IMG/VR virus record: IMGVR_UViG_3300025598_000024 | Span: 32,001 to 96,000 of that record | Length of the DNA: 64,000 bases | Strand: one strand, 5' to 3' | Origin: a virus | Position numbers and translations under genes: made by a program | Shown: positions 35,801-44,918 of the stretch, in pieces | Position numbering within the stretch: position 1 is the first letter of the stretch | Layout of the letters: every line of letters starts with the position of its first letter | Notes under the pieces: generated by a model | What the model saw: the letters and a program-made list of their open reading frames with translations, nothing else | What the model was told of the DNA's origin: nothing | Database searches by the model: none

Positions 35801-36004
35801 AAACTGTATATAGTTGCTGTTGTTGATTAAGCTGATCGTTGGGTCATTATAAGGGCTCGTATTGTTTGAAGCAGGCAGTGCATCGACCACCCCAGTATGA
35901 GCATAAATCTTGTTGTAGACAAGACCATCACTGGATATGCCGGGTGTTGGCCCTGGCGTAACGTAGTCTTTTAATGGGTCAGTATTTCTTGGAATGATTG
36001 GCAT
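32885..36004 (-). CDS. large baseplate/tail structural protein
   Basis: Beta-rich S/T/G/N composition at end of baseplate module. Confidence 0.6.
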   Translation of the reverse strand: MPIIPRNTDPLKDYVTPGPTPGISSDGLVYNKIYAHTGVVDALPASNNTSPYNDPTISLINNSNYIQFNPATQTEWISSQDFGGPNSAPVVLNFYVSNTTYFNAINFNVLNVPCYVELLWSDGTPISDASTFVITGGPDINTTTDWVNIKYAATSTLSIQSGSYIQIRITRQKTVQRQSALTNTLVDIPYSIGVKNLSIRLNIQSYSDVPVSASGVPQPFVVQNKFGFIETYNEKVYSLSNALNNNSHSYWKSEPQPVGDAIVNFYMQVSDGVTITTLNRLYINPVYDGCRFNLYYTTNTGTDASQFTWTPVQRDFSLRSGIYEIPTVQCTYLKLEFVQLVPEIYDLPFDMVTKTINAFPYDVEEYFTGLESSIIDGNTKTYSFFGSNNNQQPIYTSTYSTMFGAANSVDASSWPAIGVLNSSTTGGTTNQMPNSSTQVIDPTISYKLIGTDGRYNNQTYTQFLQRKFPDTRVHNYTQITINQTWHQAYFVGLYYIAAFYENTSYDNIQPSLGSLISRNNNNTFAGQDNNSYIMLNPDDTATTPWVSTIDKFTGFSIAGLTTDWQSFLPDNQVLLKDTSNLTGSNITYPLNVVSNFGSTSNVIALSGTVSGSYSVQTGLYTLSSNIVNYLDANFLNGTSSWTALGSTTISNTTVTVWSGATSSGISVSGGQFSAAYKFTLPGVYSPSGTQAWMDQFGASPYAVAGFGGYAVPSGGLNYYFLNNIQVAGISGVPQVNTTLTMYTQFINPSTGQPIAGTTVTGTVATVTSGIGSNVVTATGGIWSSSIPSNTVQMVISGSGSPFSLFDLSVSTTPVTAWVSPSDRNSMRVSAVARVYLPSTNNGTYRVSLMGTDYSGNITEITYKQFRSNSLPIGTWINIEVPGYSGNNYQSFSARISQTDSKVNEIMYMSMLSPFYHPVRYEYTTQSGSGNWKPIITGINNINSVVSTTSPGTAASGIQVRLTALDPNVFITSLSIVPRYTGNPYYISANIDYIGDSKTNELSSRTPASRKKLFLLNKEVYPTRFSIEQVANTTVSYVNM

Positions 36005-36951
36005 TACTGTGCACCATATACTGTGGCGGTAACTTGTAGTGATGGTGACGCCATAGCCTCATAAGGAACACCTGTGGGGTCACTACTGTAAACATTTATT
36101 ATGTTTCCAGTCATATCAATCGATACTTCCTGTGTCTGCAGATGAGCAAAGAAAGGTGCTGGGTTGGCCTGGCCTGGAGTAAGCCAGTATCGTGTGTCTG
36201 AACCGTTCTGGATGTTCATTGGAGTGACCAGGCGATTGGACATAACCGTTGGCTGCATAAAAAAGTATTGTGAACTGTCAGTCGAGCTGGCAACAGACAC
36301 TGGCACATTGGTAAGATTCTTTATTGGGGTACCAAAGCTAACGATCAGGTTTGTTCCTATGATCTTTGTAGCTGCGTCCAAAATTGCTCTCGCCTTGCTT
36401 TGGTCCCATGTGAATACTGTTCCGCTGGTGTCCAGAATAGGTATAAGAACAATCTCACGGCTTGAATCAACACCAGATCTACCCAGCCCAGGAGTCCTCC
36501 AAGATTCAGTCACATAGAACTTTATGCCCGTCATGGCCTGGCATAGCGTCATCAATGACCATACAGTGGCACCGGTCTGGAAAGCTTCAGCAGCTCCCAG
36601 TAAACGCTCACGGTACTTGCCATCTTTTGAACTTACCTCATCCCACTGGTCAGCACCCAGTTGATCAATAAATGGGTTGCTAGAAAAACTGTAGATCTCT
36701 GGAGAAATTCTTGCTATGTTAAGTATCTCTCCAAGGATTAAATCAAGGTTGCTAAACTCTATGTGTTGCTGAGTAAGACGCGCTACTGTCTGGATGTTTC
36801 TAAGCTGGCCAGTGCCGCTATTGCCCAGCAATATTTGCATTAGCGTAGTGATGTTATGGTTCTCATCAAAGCTGTAGATGTTGTCAGGAAAGTTCCTAAC
36901 CTTTTCTAAAAAGGTTATATGAGGATTATTTGCTACGATGTTACCAGCCAT
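36004..36951 (-). CDS. baseplate wedge protein
   Basis: LD..LG....R, D.KYRERL...F..GAT; follows baseplate J. Confidence 0.6.
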   Translation of the reverse strand: MAGNIVANNPHITFLEKVRNFPDNIYSFDENHNITTLMQILLGNSGTGQLRNIQTVARLTQQHIEFSNLDLILGEILNIARISPEIYSFSSNPFIDQLGADQWDEVSSKDGKYRERLLGAAEAFQTGATVWSLMTLCQAMTGIKFYVTESWRTPGLGRSGVDSSREIVLIPILDTSGTVFTWDQSKARAILDAATKIIGTNLIVSFGTPIKNLTNVPVSVASSTDSSQYFFMQPTVMSNRLVTPMNIQNGSDTRYWLTPGQANPAPFFAHLQTQEVSIDMTGNIINVYSSDPTGVPYEAMASPSLQVTATVYGAQ

Positions 36952-39452
36952 TAGAAGTTCGTCGCTCCCTTGTAGGTATAGTTAATACCATATAGTGAAG
37001 GCAACTGATTGCTGGCAAGTACGAAATCGCTAGCCTTTGTTGACTGAACTGTGCCATCTATTGAAACAATATTAACGCTGTCTATTCTAACGTTTAGAAC
37101 GCTTGCTGACGATATGACACTGGATGCAAGAGAAGCAAAAGAAACCAGCTGATTATAACCAAATCCTGCAAAATACTGACTGATAGCAGAGTTTATATTT
37201 GATTGTACCGTTGATTGTGAAGAGCCAGCGCTGATCACCAGAGTCATATTCACAACCAGGTTGATAAATATAGCTTGATGTACTAGAACATTCGTACCTA
37301 CAGGTCTGCTCTGTTGTACCAGTGCGTCTACATCCGTAACATCCATGTTATAACTGTGAGGATAAACAACGAATGCAGAGTTGCCAACAGATGGTAATGA
37401 GGACCAACCCGTTGGTGCTGATCCAGAACACAGAGCCAGTGCAGAGATTGAATTTACAGACCCAGCAAGATCGGTAACGTCATACAAAGGATATGCGAGT
37501 GATTTACCACTCATTGTGATGTTAGTGGTGGTGTTATATGTTCCGGTGATGTTGTAGTTCAGGTAGATACCACTGCTTGTAACGCTGGTGATATAGTAAT
37601 TATTACCAGATGTTGCGACACCGCTAGCAAGAGCCAAACCAGGATACAAGAAAAGATTGGCATTCGCAACAGGCATGAAGTTTGTACTAGACGAAGTATA
37701 ACCAGAGGTTACCGTTCCTGTAAATGTGATATATGAATACTTGTTCAATGTGATTGGAACATTAACAACAGTTCCGGTTGTGTTGTTGTACAGTGTGAAG
37801 TAGTCAGCAATTCCATTGGTAGATATGCTTGTTTGTGATGGGAAGTTGATAAGCGGTTGCTGATTAAGCCAGATGTAATAATCACCATTTGCATTAACAG
37901 TACCACTGCATGCTGTAGCACCATCAGCAAAAATGTAGTTGGTAGTGTTCAAGTAACTACTAGCGTTGCCTGAAGAAAGAACAAGATTATTCAAGTCTAG
38001 TGAAGTTTGTTCAGTAATACTATTAGCAGTTGTACCATCGATGAAAACATCAACGTAGTTGCCACTGGATAGTGTCAAAGATCTGTTTGATGAAGGGCAG
38101 TACTCCGAAATCATTTCAACAGTGTTTCCGGCAAACAGTGCTGAGTATCCTGAGTTGTTAGATATGTTCACTGTAAGCGGAATAGATGGCTGACCAACAG
38201 GATAATAATAATCACTGGTGTTTGTGTATACCTGCTGAGCACTAGTATTCAATGAACTACCAATCAGTTCATTCCCCTGTGGGAACATGAATCCAGCGTT
38301 GCCTGAAATTTGTGCGTTAATGTATGACATTGTTCCAGAGGTTCCAATATCTGGGTTGGCACTCTGAATCCACTCCCAGTATTTAGTGCCACTAATTGTT
38401 GTAACACCACTAACAGAAACACTGGTCCCAGGGATATTTGTTCCACTGCCAAGTATCAATCGATATGGCAAAGCAGAAGAAAATGATAGAGTTATTCCGC
38501 CGCTAATAGTGTTTGAAGTTGGACTGGCTGATACTGTTATCGTATTCCCAGGAGCATAGGTATCAATCATTGTGTTGAGACCATTGGCAACAGAAGTACC
38601 TGTAGATGATGCGTTGAACGCACTGCTTGCTATGACTGTGGTGGCATTGATTCCAGAGTTAGTAAGTAGGTTTGTCATGCCAGAGTAGGCTACTAGTAGG
38701 AACGTAACCCCATTGTTGGATCCGTTGCTGCCACTAACTGTTGCAGAGATCTGACATTGCTCATCCCAATAGTTTTGTTGCCCGACAGCGTTAGCTCTGG
38801 TAACATTCTGGTCCTGTAGAGCTGTTACAACATACTTCCCGTACGTACCAGTTGTGTTATTGAATGCTGTGTTCTGCCAGCGGTTCCTGAGCTCTGAGTC
38901 GCTTTCAGGGTCTGTACCACCAGTGATAGGGTAGTTGTTAGTAACGCTCGTTACGTTCATAACTGAGCCAACTGTTTGTGAGATTGTGCTAGCGGGAACG
39001 TTACCGTATACGCCTGGCAGTACAGCCATCACTGGGGCGTCAGCAGATACAGCACCGGGTGGGATCACAGTTGCAGCAGTAGTGGTATAGTAGATTGCGC
39101 TAGGGTTGTTGTTGCTACTGCCAATAGGGATAGCCACCTGGGTGCCAACAGGTATGACTGTTAAAACTGTAGCCGTACCAGTTGTGCTGAAGGTTACTGT
39201 GCCAGATGCCCGCTTGCCCAGCTGACGATACACGCCAAAAAGGTTGCAGAATACGTCTAGCTCCTGCCCGGACTTGGTGTTAACATCATAACTATAAGTC
39301 TGCAGAGTTGCGTTGTTGTTAGCTGTACTGATCTCTTGAGCAACTGCTTCAAGGATCTTGTAGGTTGCGCTGCCAACGCTGACATCCCATGAGGGGTCAT
39401 AGACAGATAGAGATGCCTGCAATCTCGCCAGTACTGTTCCTGCATCAGCCAT
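36951..39452 (-). CDS. baseplate J-like protein
   Basis: G.ELD....FG..R...RASGTVTF, IP.GT, GN....I, ITGGTDPESDSELR.R. Confidence 0.88.
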   Translation of the reverse strand: MADAGTVLARLQASLSVYDPSWDVSVGSATYKILEAVAQEISTANNNATLQTYSYDVNTKSGQELDVFCNLFGVYRQLGKRASGTVTFSTTGTATVLTVIPVGTQVAIPIGSSNNNPSAIYYTTTAATVIPPGAVSADAPVMAVLPGVYGNVPASTISQTVGSVMNVTSVTNNYPITGGTDPESDSELRNRWQNTAFNNTTGTYGKYVVTALQDQNVTRANAVGQQNYWDEQCQISATVSGSNGSNNGVTFLLVAYSGMTNLLTNSGINATTVIASSAFNASSTGTSVANGLNTMIDTYAPGNTITVSASPTSNTISGGITLSFSSALPYRLILGSGTNIPGTSVSVSGVTTISGTKYWEWIQSANPDIGTSGTMSYINAQISGNAGFMFPQGNELIGSSLNTSAQQVYTNTSDYYYPVGQPSIPLTVNISNNSGYSALFAGNTVEMISEYCPSSNRSLTLSSGNYVDVFIDGTTANSITEQTSLDLNNLVLSSGNASSYLNTTNYIFADGATACSGTVNANGDYYIWLNQQPLINFPSQTSISTNGIADYFTLYNNTTGTVVNVPITLNKYSYITFTGTVTSGYTSSSTNFMPVANANLFLYPGLALASGVATSGNNYYITSVTSSGIYLNYNITGTYNTTTNITMSGKSLAYPLYDVTDLAGSVNSISALALCSGSAPTGWSSLPSVGNSAFVVYPHSYNMDVTDVDALVQQSRPVGTNVLVHQAIFINLVVNMTLVISAGSSQSTVQSNINSAISQYFAGFGYNQLVSFASLASSVISSASVLNVRIDSVNIVSIDGTVQSTKASDFVLASNQLPSLYGINYTYKGATNF

Positions 39453-39897
39453 TTTGAACCGTTATCCCACTGTTGCCTACGTATACGCTTAAACTTATTG
39501 TGCTATTGTCAAGAGTCACCATCTGTATATTTGATACGATTGATGTGCCCTGTATGCTAGAGTTAACTGATAGGATGCTCTGTATTATTTCGCTCTTGTT
39601 CCAGTTGGATAGCATAGCAGCATTCTGAGCAGCCTTCAAGGATAGCATCTGCTGCCCCTGATACAATTGTATTACTCTTAATATTTCATTATCAACAGAG
39701 TTAATATTTACACCAGCAGCATTAGATCCAATGAAAGAATTCAGCAGGCTACCAAACCCTGGGGTAGTAAATCCCGTACCAAGTGGCTCCTCTAGCCAAC
39801 GCTGCAAGTCTTCAATCAGTTTTTTCTGACCTGTAGAGAACTGTATTTTACCACTGTTCATCTGAATGTCGCCATTGCTTACTGTGATGGTTTTCAT
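39445..39897 (-). CDS. gp25-like baseplate wedge / sheath initiator
   Basis: GDI..G..KL..DL.RWL.EPLG.G...P.FGS.L. Confidence 0.7.
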   Translation of the reverse strand: MKTITVSNGDIQMNSGKIQFSTGQKKLIEDLQRWLEEPLGTGFTTPGFGSLLNSFIGSNAAGVNINSVDNEILRVIQLYQGQQMLSLKAAQNAAMLSNWNKSEIIQSILSVNSSIQGTSIVSNIQMVTLDNSTISLSVYVGNSGITVQNG

Positions 39898-39929
39898 ATT
39901 ATCTCGTACAAAATAAGGGCTCTAGTACA

Positions 39930-40736
39930 CTATGCTTGGCATACAGTCATAGTCCATGATGGAATGCTTGTGCCGTATGGCGGCTTGGGCCAGGCTGGCG
40001 AATAGCCATTAGCAACTGAAGGTTGCGCAGCAACATAGATTTGGTTAGCTGTATCCACGGCCCATACTAGTTCTACGTAATCACCAGCGTTCATCTGCTG
40101 AACAAAGTTCCAGCTGGGTAGAGCGTATGGAGACTTTGCGTAGATGCTGATTTCCCCACCAGTCCAAGGCAAGTCAACTCCATTCTGCCGCATCCATACG
40201 CTTGTATTATAAGTAGCTGTACCACCAGCATTTGTGAGGGCGAACTGTGCTGTAAACTGAAAGTTATATACTCCAGCGGCTAAGGCAGTAATCTGTGAAC
40301 CAGACACGAGAGTGAAACCGCTCTGGCCTACGACAGTATTAAAACTTACTACGTATGGTTGATTAGCTGACGTAGCAATCTGATTAGTAGTGTCATAGTA
40401 GCTCGCCCATGTTGGAGGAAATTGTGGAAGAAGCCCTGTACTATCAATGCGACGAGTGATTGGATCATATATACCAGCGAATAGATACAAGCGGTAAAGC
40501 GTTGTTCGCTTCTCTACCCACCAGACCTGGTTGGGTTGAATCTGTGTATAATTAACTCCAGGAGGTAGAGCTTGTAGGTCTACTTCTACCTGGAAACCCT
40601 TCATGTCTACTGCTTTACAGTAGTAATTCTGAGCAGCATTCGGTGCTTGGCTTAGTGGATGCAGAGCAGCAGCAGTGGTAATGATAACTCTGAGCACCCC
40701 GTCTTTTCCAGGGCTGTTCTTGATGATCGCGCTCAT
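39930..40736 (-). CDS. tail/baseplate protein with C-terminal beta-sandwich
   Basis: AGVYNFQFTAQ..VWMRQNG..D..WNFV...AGDYVELVW. Confidence 0.55.
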   Translation of the reverse strand: MSAIIKNSPGKDGVLRVIITTAAALHPLSQAPNAAQNYYCKAVDMKGFQVEVDLQALPPGVNYTQIQPNQVWWVEKRTTLYRLYLFAGIYDPITRRIDSTGLLPQFPPTWASYYDTTNQIATSANQPYVVSFNTVVGQSGFTLVSGSQITALAAGVYNFQFTAQFALTNAGGTATYNTSVWMRQNGVDLPWTGGEISIYAKSPYALPSWNFVQQMNAGDYVELVWAVDTANQIYVAAQPSVANGYSPAWPKPPYGTSIPSWTMTVCQA

Positions 40737-43465
40737 ATTAGTGTGAGTCCATAGTCAAGAATCGTACCATTCTTTACAGGCGCTGTGAATGTTGCTTGGG
40801 TTGTAAAACCACTACTTCTGCTGCACTGGTGCGTAACAGTTGTACAATAGAACTGGTACTCATCTGAGCCACCAGTATCATTGTCTATTGTCATGGTAAC
40901 TCTCATGCCTGGGAACAGCTCTGGCATGAACGTAAGAGAGATCGTGCTGGCATACTGGTTAACCCATTGGTTCATAAAACCTGTCAGGGCGTACATATAT
41001 TCCATGGCATGACTGTGGATCATGTTCTGCTCTTGCGCCATTGGCCTCATGCCATACCTCTGCAAGAAATTACTGGCACTTGTAGAATAGCTCTGCCCTT
41101 GAGAAAGTTTGCCAAACAGCAGATTCATGGTGCTTCCATCCTCTATACTTACAATGCCATTGGTTGTATAGTAGTCACCCTCTGTGACCTGTTGGCCAAT
41201 ACCGTTAGTATCTCCAATAATTCCATAGTGAGTAACCAGCTGATTATCATCATGATAGATCTGGAAATCAACTATCTCTACCGGGCTGATATCCAGAACT
41301 GGATCAGTACCATAAAAGCCATAGTAGTCTGGGAACCAAGCTATAAAATCTCCATTAGGAGCACTCATAAAGCTTCTAAGACCTGTGCCAATAATCTGCT
41401 GAAAGTCCGATAGAACGTTGTTGTCTAACAGGAAAGCTCGTGGCGTGCCAACCATAACGCTAGCTCGAGGATCAAACGTTGGTGGATTAAACAACATGCT
41501 AAAGCTTCCAGCAAGGCTGAGGAATTGAGATCCAGATGCAGTGGGGTTTGTGCCCTGGCTTTTGTCCATGACATCTGTTGTCTGCGAGAATGTATAGGTT
41601 TTGCCAGGAGTCAAAAGGTCTAGAGGTCTACGAGCTCCCATGTAGCTCATACCCCAGCCTGGCATTTCATTGCCACCCTTGATATCATTCCAGTTCAAAG
41701 CATCTTGACCAGCCTTGGTAGTACCACCATGAGCACCCATCATCATTCCATGACCATCTCCTCCAAAGCGTTGTGAAAGCATGGTTACGTGACCGGGCTG
41801 AGGAGTTCCGTCACTCGGAACGTTCCAGAAGAGCAAGTCACCAGGCTGTGGCTGTACACTTGGCGGGATAAACGTACCAAAAATATTATTGTTCGAACTT
41901 GTTCCACCGCCCCACATACTCTGTACAGCGGTCTTTGCACCAGGGTTATGATCCCAGTGGACAATATTCAAATTGATTTTTGAATAGGCCCACTGCATAA
42001 GACCAGCACAGTCAAACCATCCAGGATTTTTTGCACTACCTGGAGTGACTCTGTAATGAGGGCCGCTTAAGTCCTGACTATATCCAGCACCAGTCTGACT
42101 AATTGCATATGAAATAACTGCTTGTTGAGCAGTTAAATATTCTTTAGGTGTGCTTGGCAGAGCATTAGATCCTGTTAGTTGAGCATTCACAGAAGCATTA
42201 GCATTCTGTGATATTTGGTCCTGTGGACCAGGTGATCTAATAGTGTTTTCATCAGCCCAGTTTGCATAAATCGGTACAGATGGTGGCTTTGCAGCATGCT
42301 GTAAATCGAACTTCTTTGGATCATCTACGTCGCCAGCAAGGTACGCAGCAACTCCAGGGTGTACTTGAATATAATTAATGTTAGCAATATCTGTATCAAT
42401 GACAGCTTGATTTTTCTTATCAACAACGTTTGGTTTTTGTATAAGGCTTGTCGCTCTAAGAGCTACTGCTCTGTTTGTTTCCATGTTGGTTACAAGTAAT
42501 AACCTACCATTCCAGTTGGCGTCTTTATCTTTCTTATTCCCTAGTGGCCAATCCTGTGCTATCCAGCGTTTTGCGTTATCTATCTGTCCACCACTATTTG
42601 TGGTAAATGCTGAATAGGAGAAAGGGATGCTTGCCCAGTATTCATCAAGTTGAATTCGATCAATCGTTACAGCATTATTAGGGTTACTTCCTGGTGAGTT
42701 GGATTTACCGTTAGCACCTAGCGGATGTGTATAAAAAGCTTGAGCATAATTGGCAGTGAATTCAGTGCCAGCAGGCGAACCGCTAGCACCAGTAACTTTT
42801 TGAGTAGTGCTATTATTGCTTGAGCCTGTGCTAGTACTATTGCCTGCTATATATGGCGCTGAACTCAATATCTGAGCTAGCTCACTTATGGAGTTCTGAG
42901 GTAACCCATTGTAAACACCATTATATGCTTTAGTAGCAAGAGATAGTAATCCGTTAGGGATACCCTGGATGTGTATCTTGGATGGATCCCATCCACAAAC
43001 ACTAACCAGTAGGTTTATGACGGCTTGCGCCACTCCACCATCGTTCAATGTTGCATTCGAGCTGGAGGCTGCATAGTCCATGTTATTGAGCAGAAGCTGT
43101 TGAAACTGTTGTAGAGTGTCATCCCAATATGTATTTTGCAGTATTCTTATGGTGCAGTCCGCAGCAATGCTAACTGATGTTGGGATGAGCGTTTCAACTG
43201 GTGCAAATGTTACATAGCCAGTAAATACCTGTACCCAGTCAGTACGCTTTAAGAATACAACTATGCGGTCCATGGTATTGATAACACGATTGTATTTCTT
43301 GCCAGGGTTTGCCAGGTCCATATTAAGCTGACTAACTGCATTGATATTCCTGGTAATAGTAATATCAATTATATCTTCGGATACATCAAGGATGCCGCTA
43401 TTGGTATAGATAGAGCAAGCTATGTCCGGAGCGTATGAGAATGTACCTGATTGGTTAGCTGGCAT
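40733..43465 (-). CDS. baseplate hub with NlpC/P60 peptidase domain
   Basis: DVSEDI, VFTGYV; FDCAGLMQWAY, QPGDLLFW, GHV; RSF.SAPNGDFIAWFPDY, FMPELFPGMR. Confidence 0.8.
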   Translation of the reverse strand: MPANQSGTFSYAPDIACSIYTNSGILDVSEDIIDITITRNINAVSQLNMDLANPGKKYNRVINTMDRIVVFLKRTDWVQVFTGYVTFAPVETLIPTSVSIAADCTIRILQNTYWDDTLQQFQQLLLNNMDYAASSSNATLNDGGVAQAVINLLVSVCGWDPSKIHIQGIPNGLLSLATKAYNGVYNGLPQNSISELAQILSSAPYIAGNSTSTGSSNNSTTQKVTGASGSPAGTEFTANYAQAFYTHPLGANGKSNSPGSNPNNAVTIDRIQLDEYWASIPFSYSAFTTNSGGQIDNAKRWIAQDWPLGNKKDKDANWNGRLLLVTNMETNRAVALRATSLIQKPNVVDKKNQAVIDTDIANINYIQVHPGVAAYLAGDVDDPKKFDLQHAAKPPSVPIYANWADENTIRSPGPQDQISQNANASVNAQLTGSNALPSTPKEYLTAQQAVISYAISQTGAGYSQDLSGPHYRVTPGSAKNPGWFDCAGLMQWAYSKINLNIVHWDHNPGAKTAVQSMWGGGTSSNNNIFGTFIPPSVQPQPGDLLFWNVPSDGTPQPGHVTMLSQRFGGDGHGMMMGAHGGTTKAGQDALNWNDIKGGNEMPGWGMSYMGARRPLDLLTPGKTYTFSQTTDVMDKSQGTNPTASGSQFLSLAGSFSMLFNPPTFDPRASVMVGTPRAFLLDNNVLSDFQQIIGTGLRSFMSAPNGDFIAWFPDYYGFYGTDPVLDISPVEIVDFQIYHDDNQLVTHYGIIGDTNGIGQQVTEGDYYTTNGIVSIEDGSTMNLLFGKLSQGQSYSTSASNFLQRYGMRPMAQEQNMIHSHAMEYMYALTGFMNQWVNQYASTISLTFMPELFPGMRVTMTIDNDTGGSDEYQFYCTTVTHQCSRSSGFTTQATFTAPVKNGTILDYGLTLI

Positions 43466-43474
43466 TCTTGATCT

Positions 43475-44122
43475 CTATTGTACTATTGATGTATTTGGTA
43501 TATGACTTGCCAGAGAAGTTGAGCTTACCCAGCTATCCCCATACAAGTTTTGATCATATGCAGTAGGAGCATAGGTGATGTTGTCAGTCAGACCAGTGAC
43601 TACTGGGGTGCTATCCGCCGCTGGATAAGTAAGAATATTCATATAGTAATTAGTATAAAATACATTCTTTTTTTTGTCAAACTGTTTCTCAACACTCTTG
43701 ATCCAACCGGTATAGATCAATGGAGTAAGCTGCCCAGGCTTGCTGATCAAACTATTGAATATAGGTGACTGTGCATTGTTGTTCCAGTAGTGCAGTGTCA
43801 TTGGTGTAGTGGTCTGACCGCCAATCAGATAGGTTTGATGCACTCTGATAGCGTCTTGCAAATGGTTCATTCGACCAAATCCATCGTGTGGGTCAAGGCC
43901 TTCATAACCAGTATTTAATCTTGATGAGCTTCCTACCAGTGGCCAAATGCAGGTGAACTGTAGAAACATCTCTGCTCTACGGATAGGCGACCACCATAGT
44001 GCGCCATGCGTCTGCTGAGTGGTGAACTGGTTATTAGTAGACGTGCTAAAGCTGACCATCCAGATATCATAATCCAGACTGGTGCTGCCATTATATAAAG
44101 TTAAGGTTGCGTTCCCAGCCAT
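43475..44122 (-). CDS. tail/baseplate protein
   Basis: Position between TMP and hub. Confidence 0.55.
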   Translation of the reverse strand: MAGNATLTLYNGSTSLDYDIWMVSFSTSTNNQFTTQQTHGALWWSPIRRAEMFLQFTCIWPLVGSSSRLNTGYEGLDPHDGFGRMNHLQDAIRVHQTYLIGGQTTTPMTLHYWNNNAQSPIFNSLISKPGQLTPLIYTGWIKSVEKQFDKKKNVFYTNYYMNILTYPAADSTPVVTGLTDNITYAPTAYDQNLYGDSWVSSTSLASHIPNTSIVQ

Positions 44123-44283
44123 ACTGTCCAGTCCTGTTGATCGGTAGAACTCATCTGATGAATCATTCCCATATTTCCACTAAAGGCAAAACCATTCATT
44201 AGTACATCTTGCTTGTCAGGATAAAGAATTGGTTGTGAAATTCTACAGTTTGCAGTTGTTAAATTCTTATAGTCTTTTGTCAT
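44101..44283 (-). CDS. small tail-module protein
   Basis: ATGA-coupled ORF. Confidence 0.45.
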   Translation of the reverse strand: MTKDYKNLTTANCRISQPILYPDKQDVLMNGFAFSGNMGMIHQMSSTDQQDWTVWLGTQP

Positions 44284-44903
44284 GATTTTACTCCATATGC
44301 TTTAAGAATATTAGCAAAGTTTTGTACGTCTTTATACTGTAAATTAATGTCAGTCTTATTCATTCCATTCCACTTGGTATTATACCCAAGATTTGCACTT
44401 ATTCTATCAAGAGCTATAGATACAGCTGCTTGTACAGGACCCTTTGTTGCACTAAGATCATGTTGTATTTCAAAAGACATAGCATAAGGATATGTAATGG
44501 TTGTTACATCCCAAGCAATGCTCATCTGCTCGAGATAGACAACATATGATAAGTTCCTGCTAGGTACGTTCAAGCGCATTGGTACCTTGTACTGGTTCTG
44601 ATCATTCTGTACAGCTTTAAAGTTACCGTACAGATCTAACAAGTTCTTTCTGCTACCGGCCTCACCTTGTAAATTCATCGTGGTTGCCATGGCTGAAAGT
44701 ATCTGTGTTACACGACCACCATATGTATCGTAGCTCTGTGTGTTTATCTGATAGTTCCAGTTTAAACTATTAATATTAAATGGAAAATTATATGTTTTAT
44801 TGCTAACGCTGTCAAATATAGATGCAACAGGTGTATGCAATGGCCTGTCTATAGCGCTGTGTTCATAGCCATATCCGAATTGATTTGTTTGGTTGATAAG
44901 CAT
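44280..44903 (-). CDS. tail tube initiator-like protein
   Basis: F..N.NS..W.Y..NT...DTYGGRV.QILS; directly after TMP. Confidence 0.6.
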   Translation of the reverse strand: MLINQTNQFGYGYEHSAIDRPLHTPVASIFDSVSNKTYNFPFNINSLNWNYQINTQSYDTYGGRVTQILSAMATTMNLQGEAGSRKNLLDLYGNFKAVQNDQNQYKVPMRLNVPSRNLSYVVYLEQMSIAWDVTTITYPYAMSFEIQHDLSATKGPVQAAVSIALDRISANLGYNTKWNGMNKTDINLQYKDVQNFANILKAYGVKS

Positions 44904-44918
44904 TGTATTATCTATCTG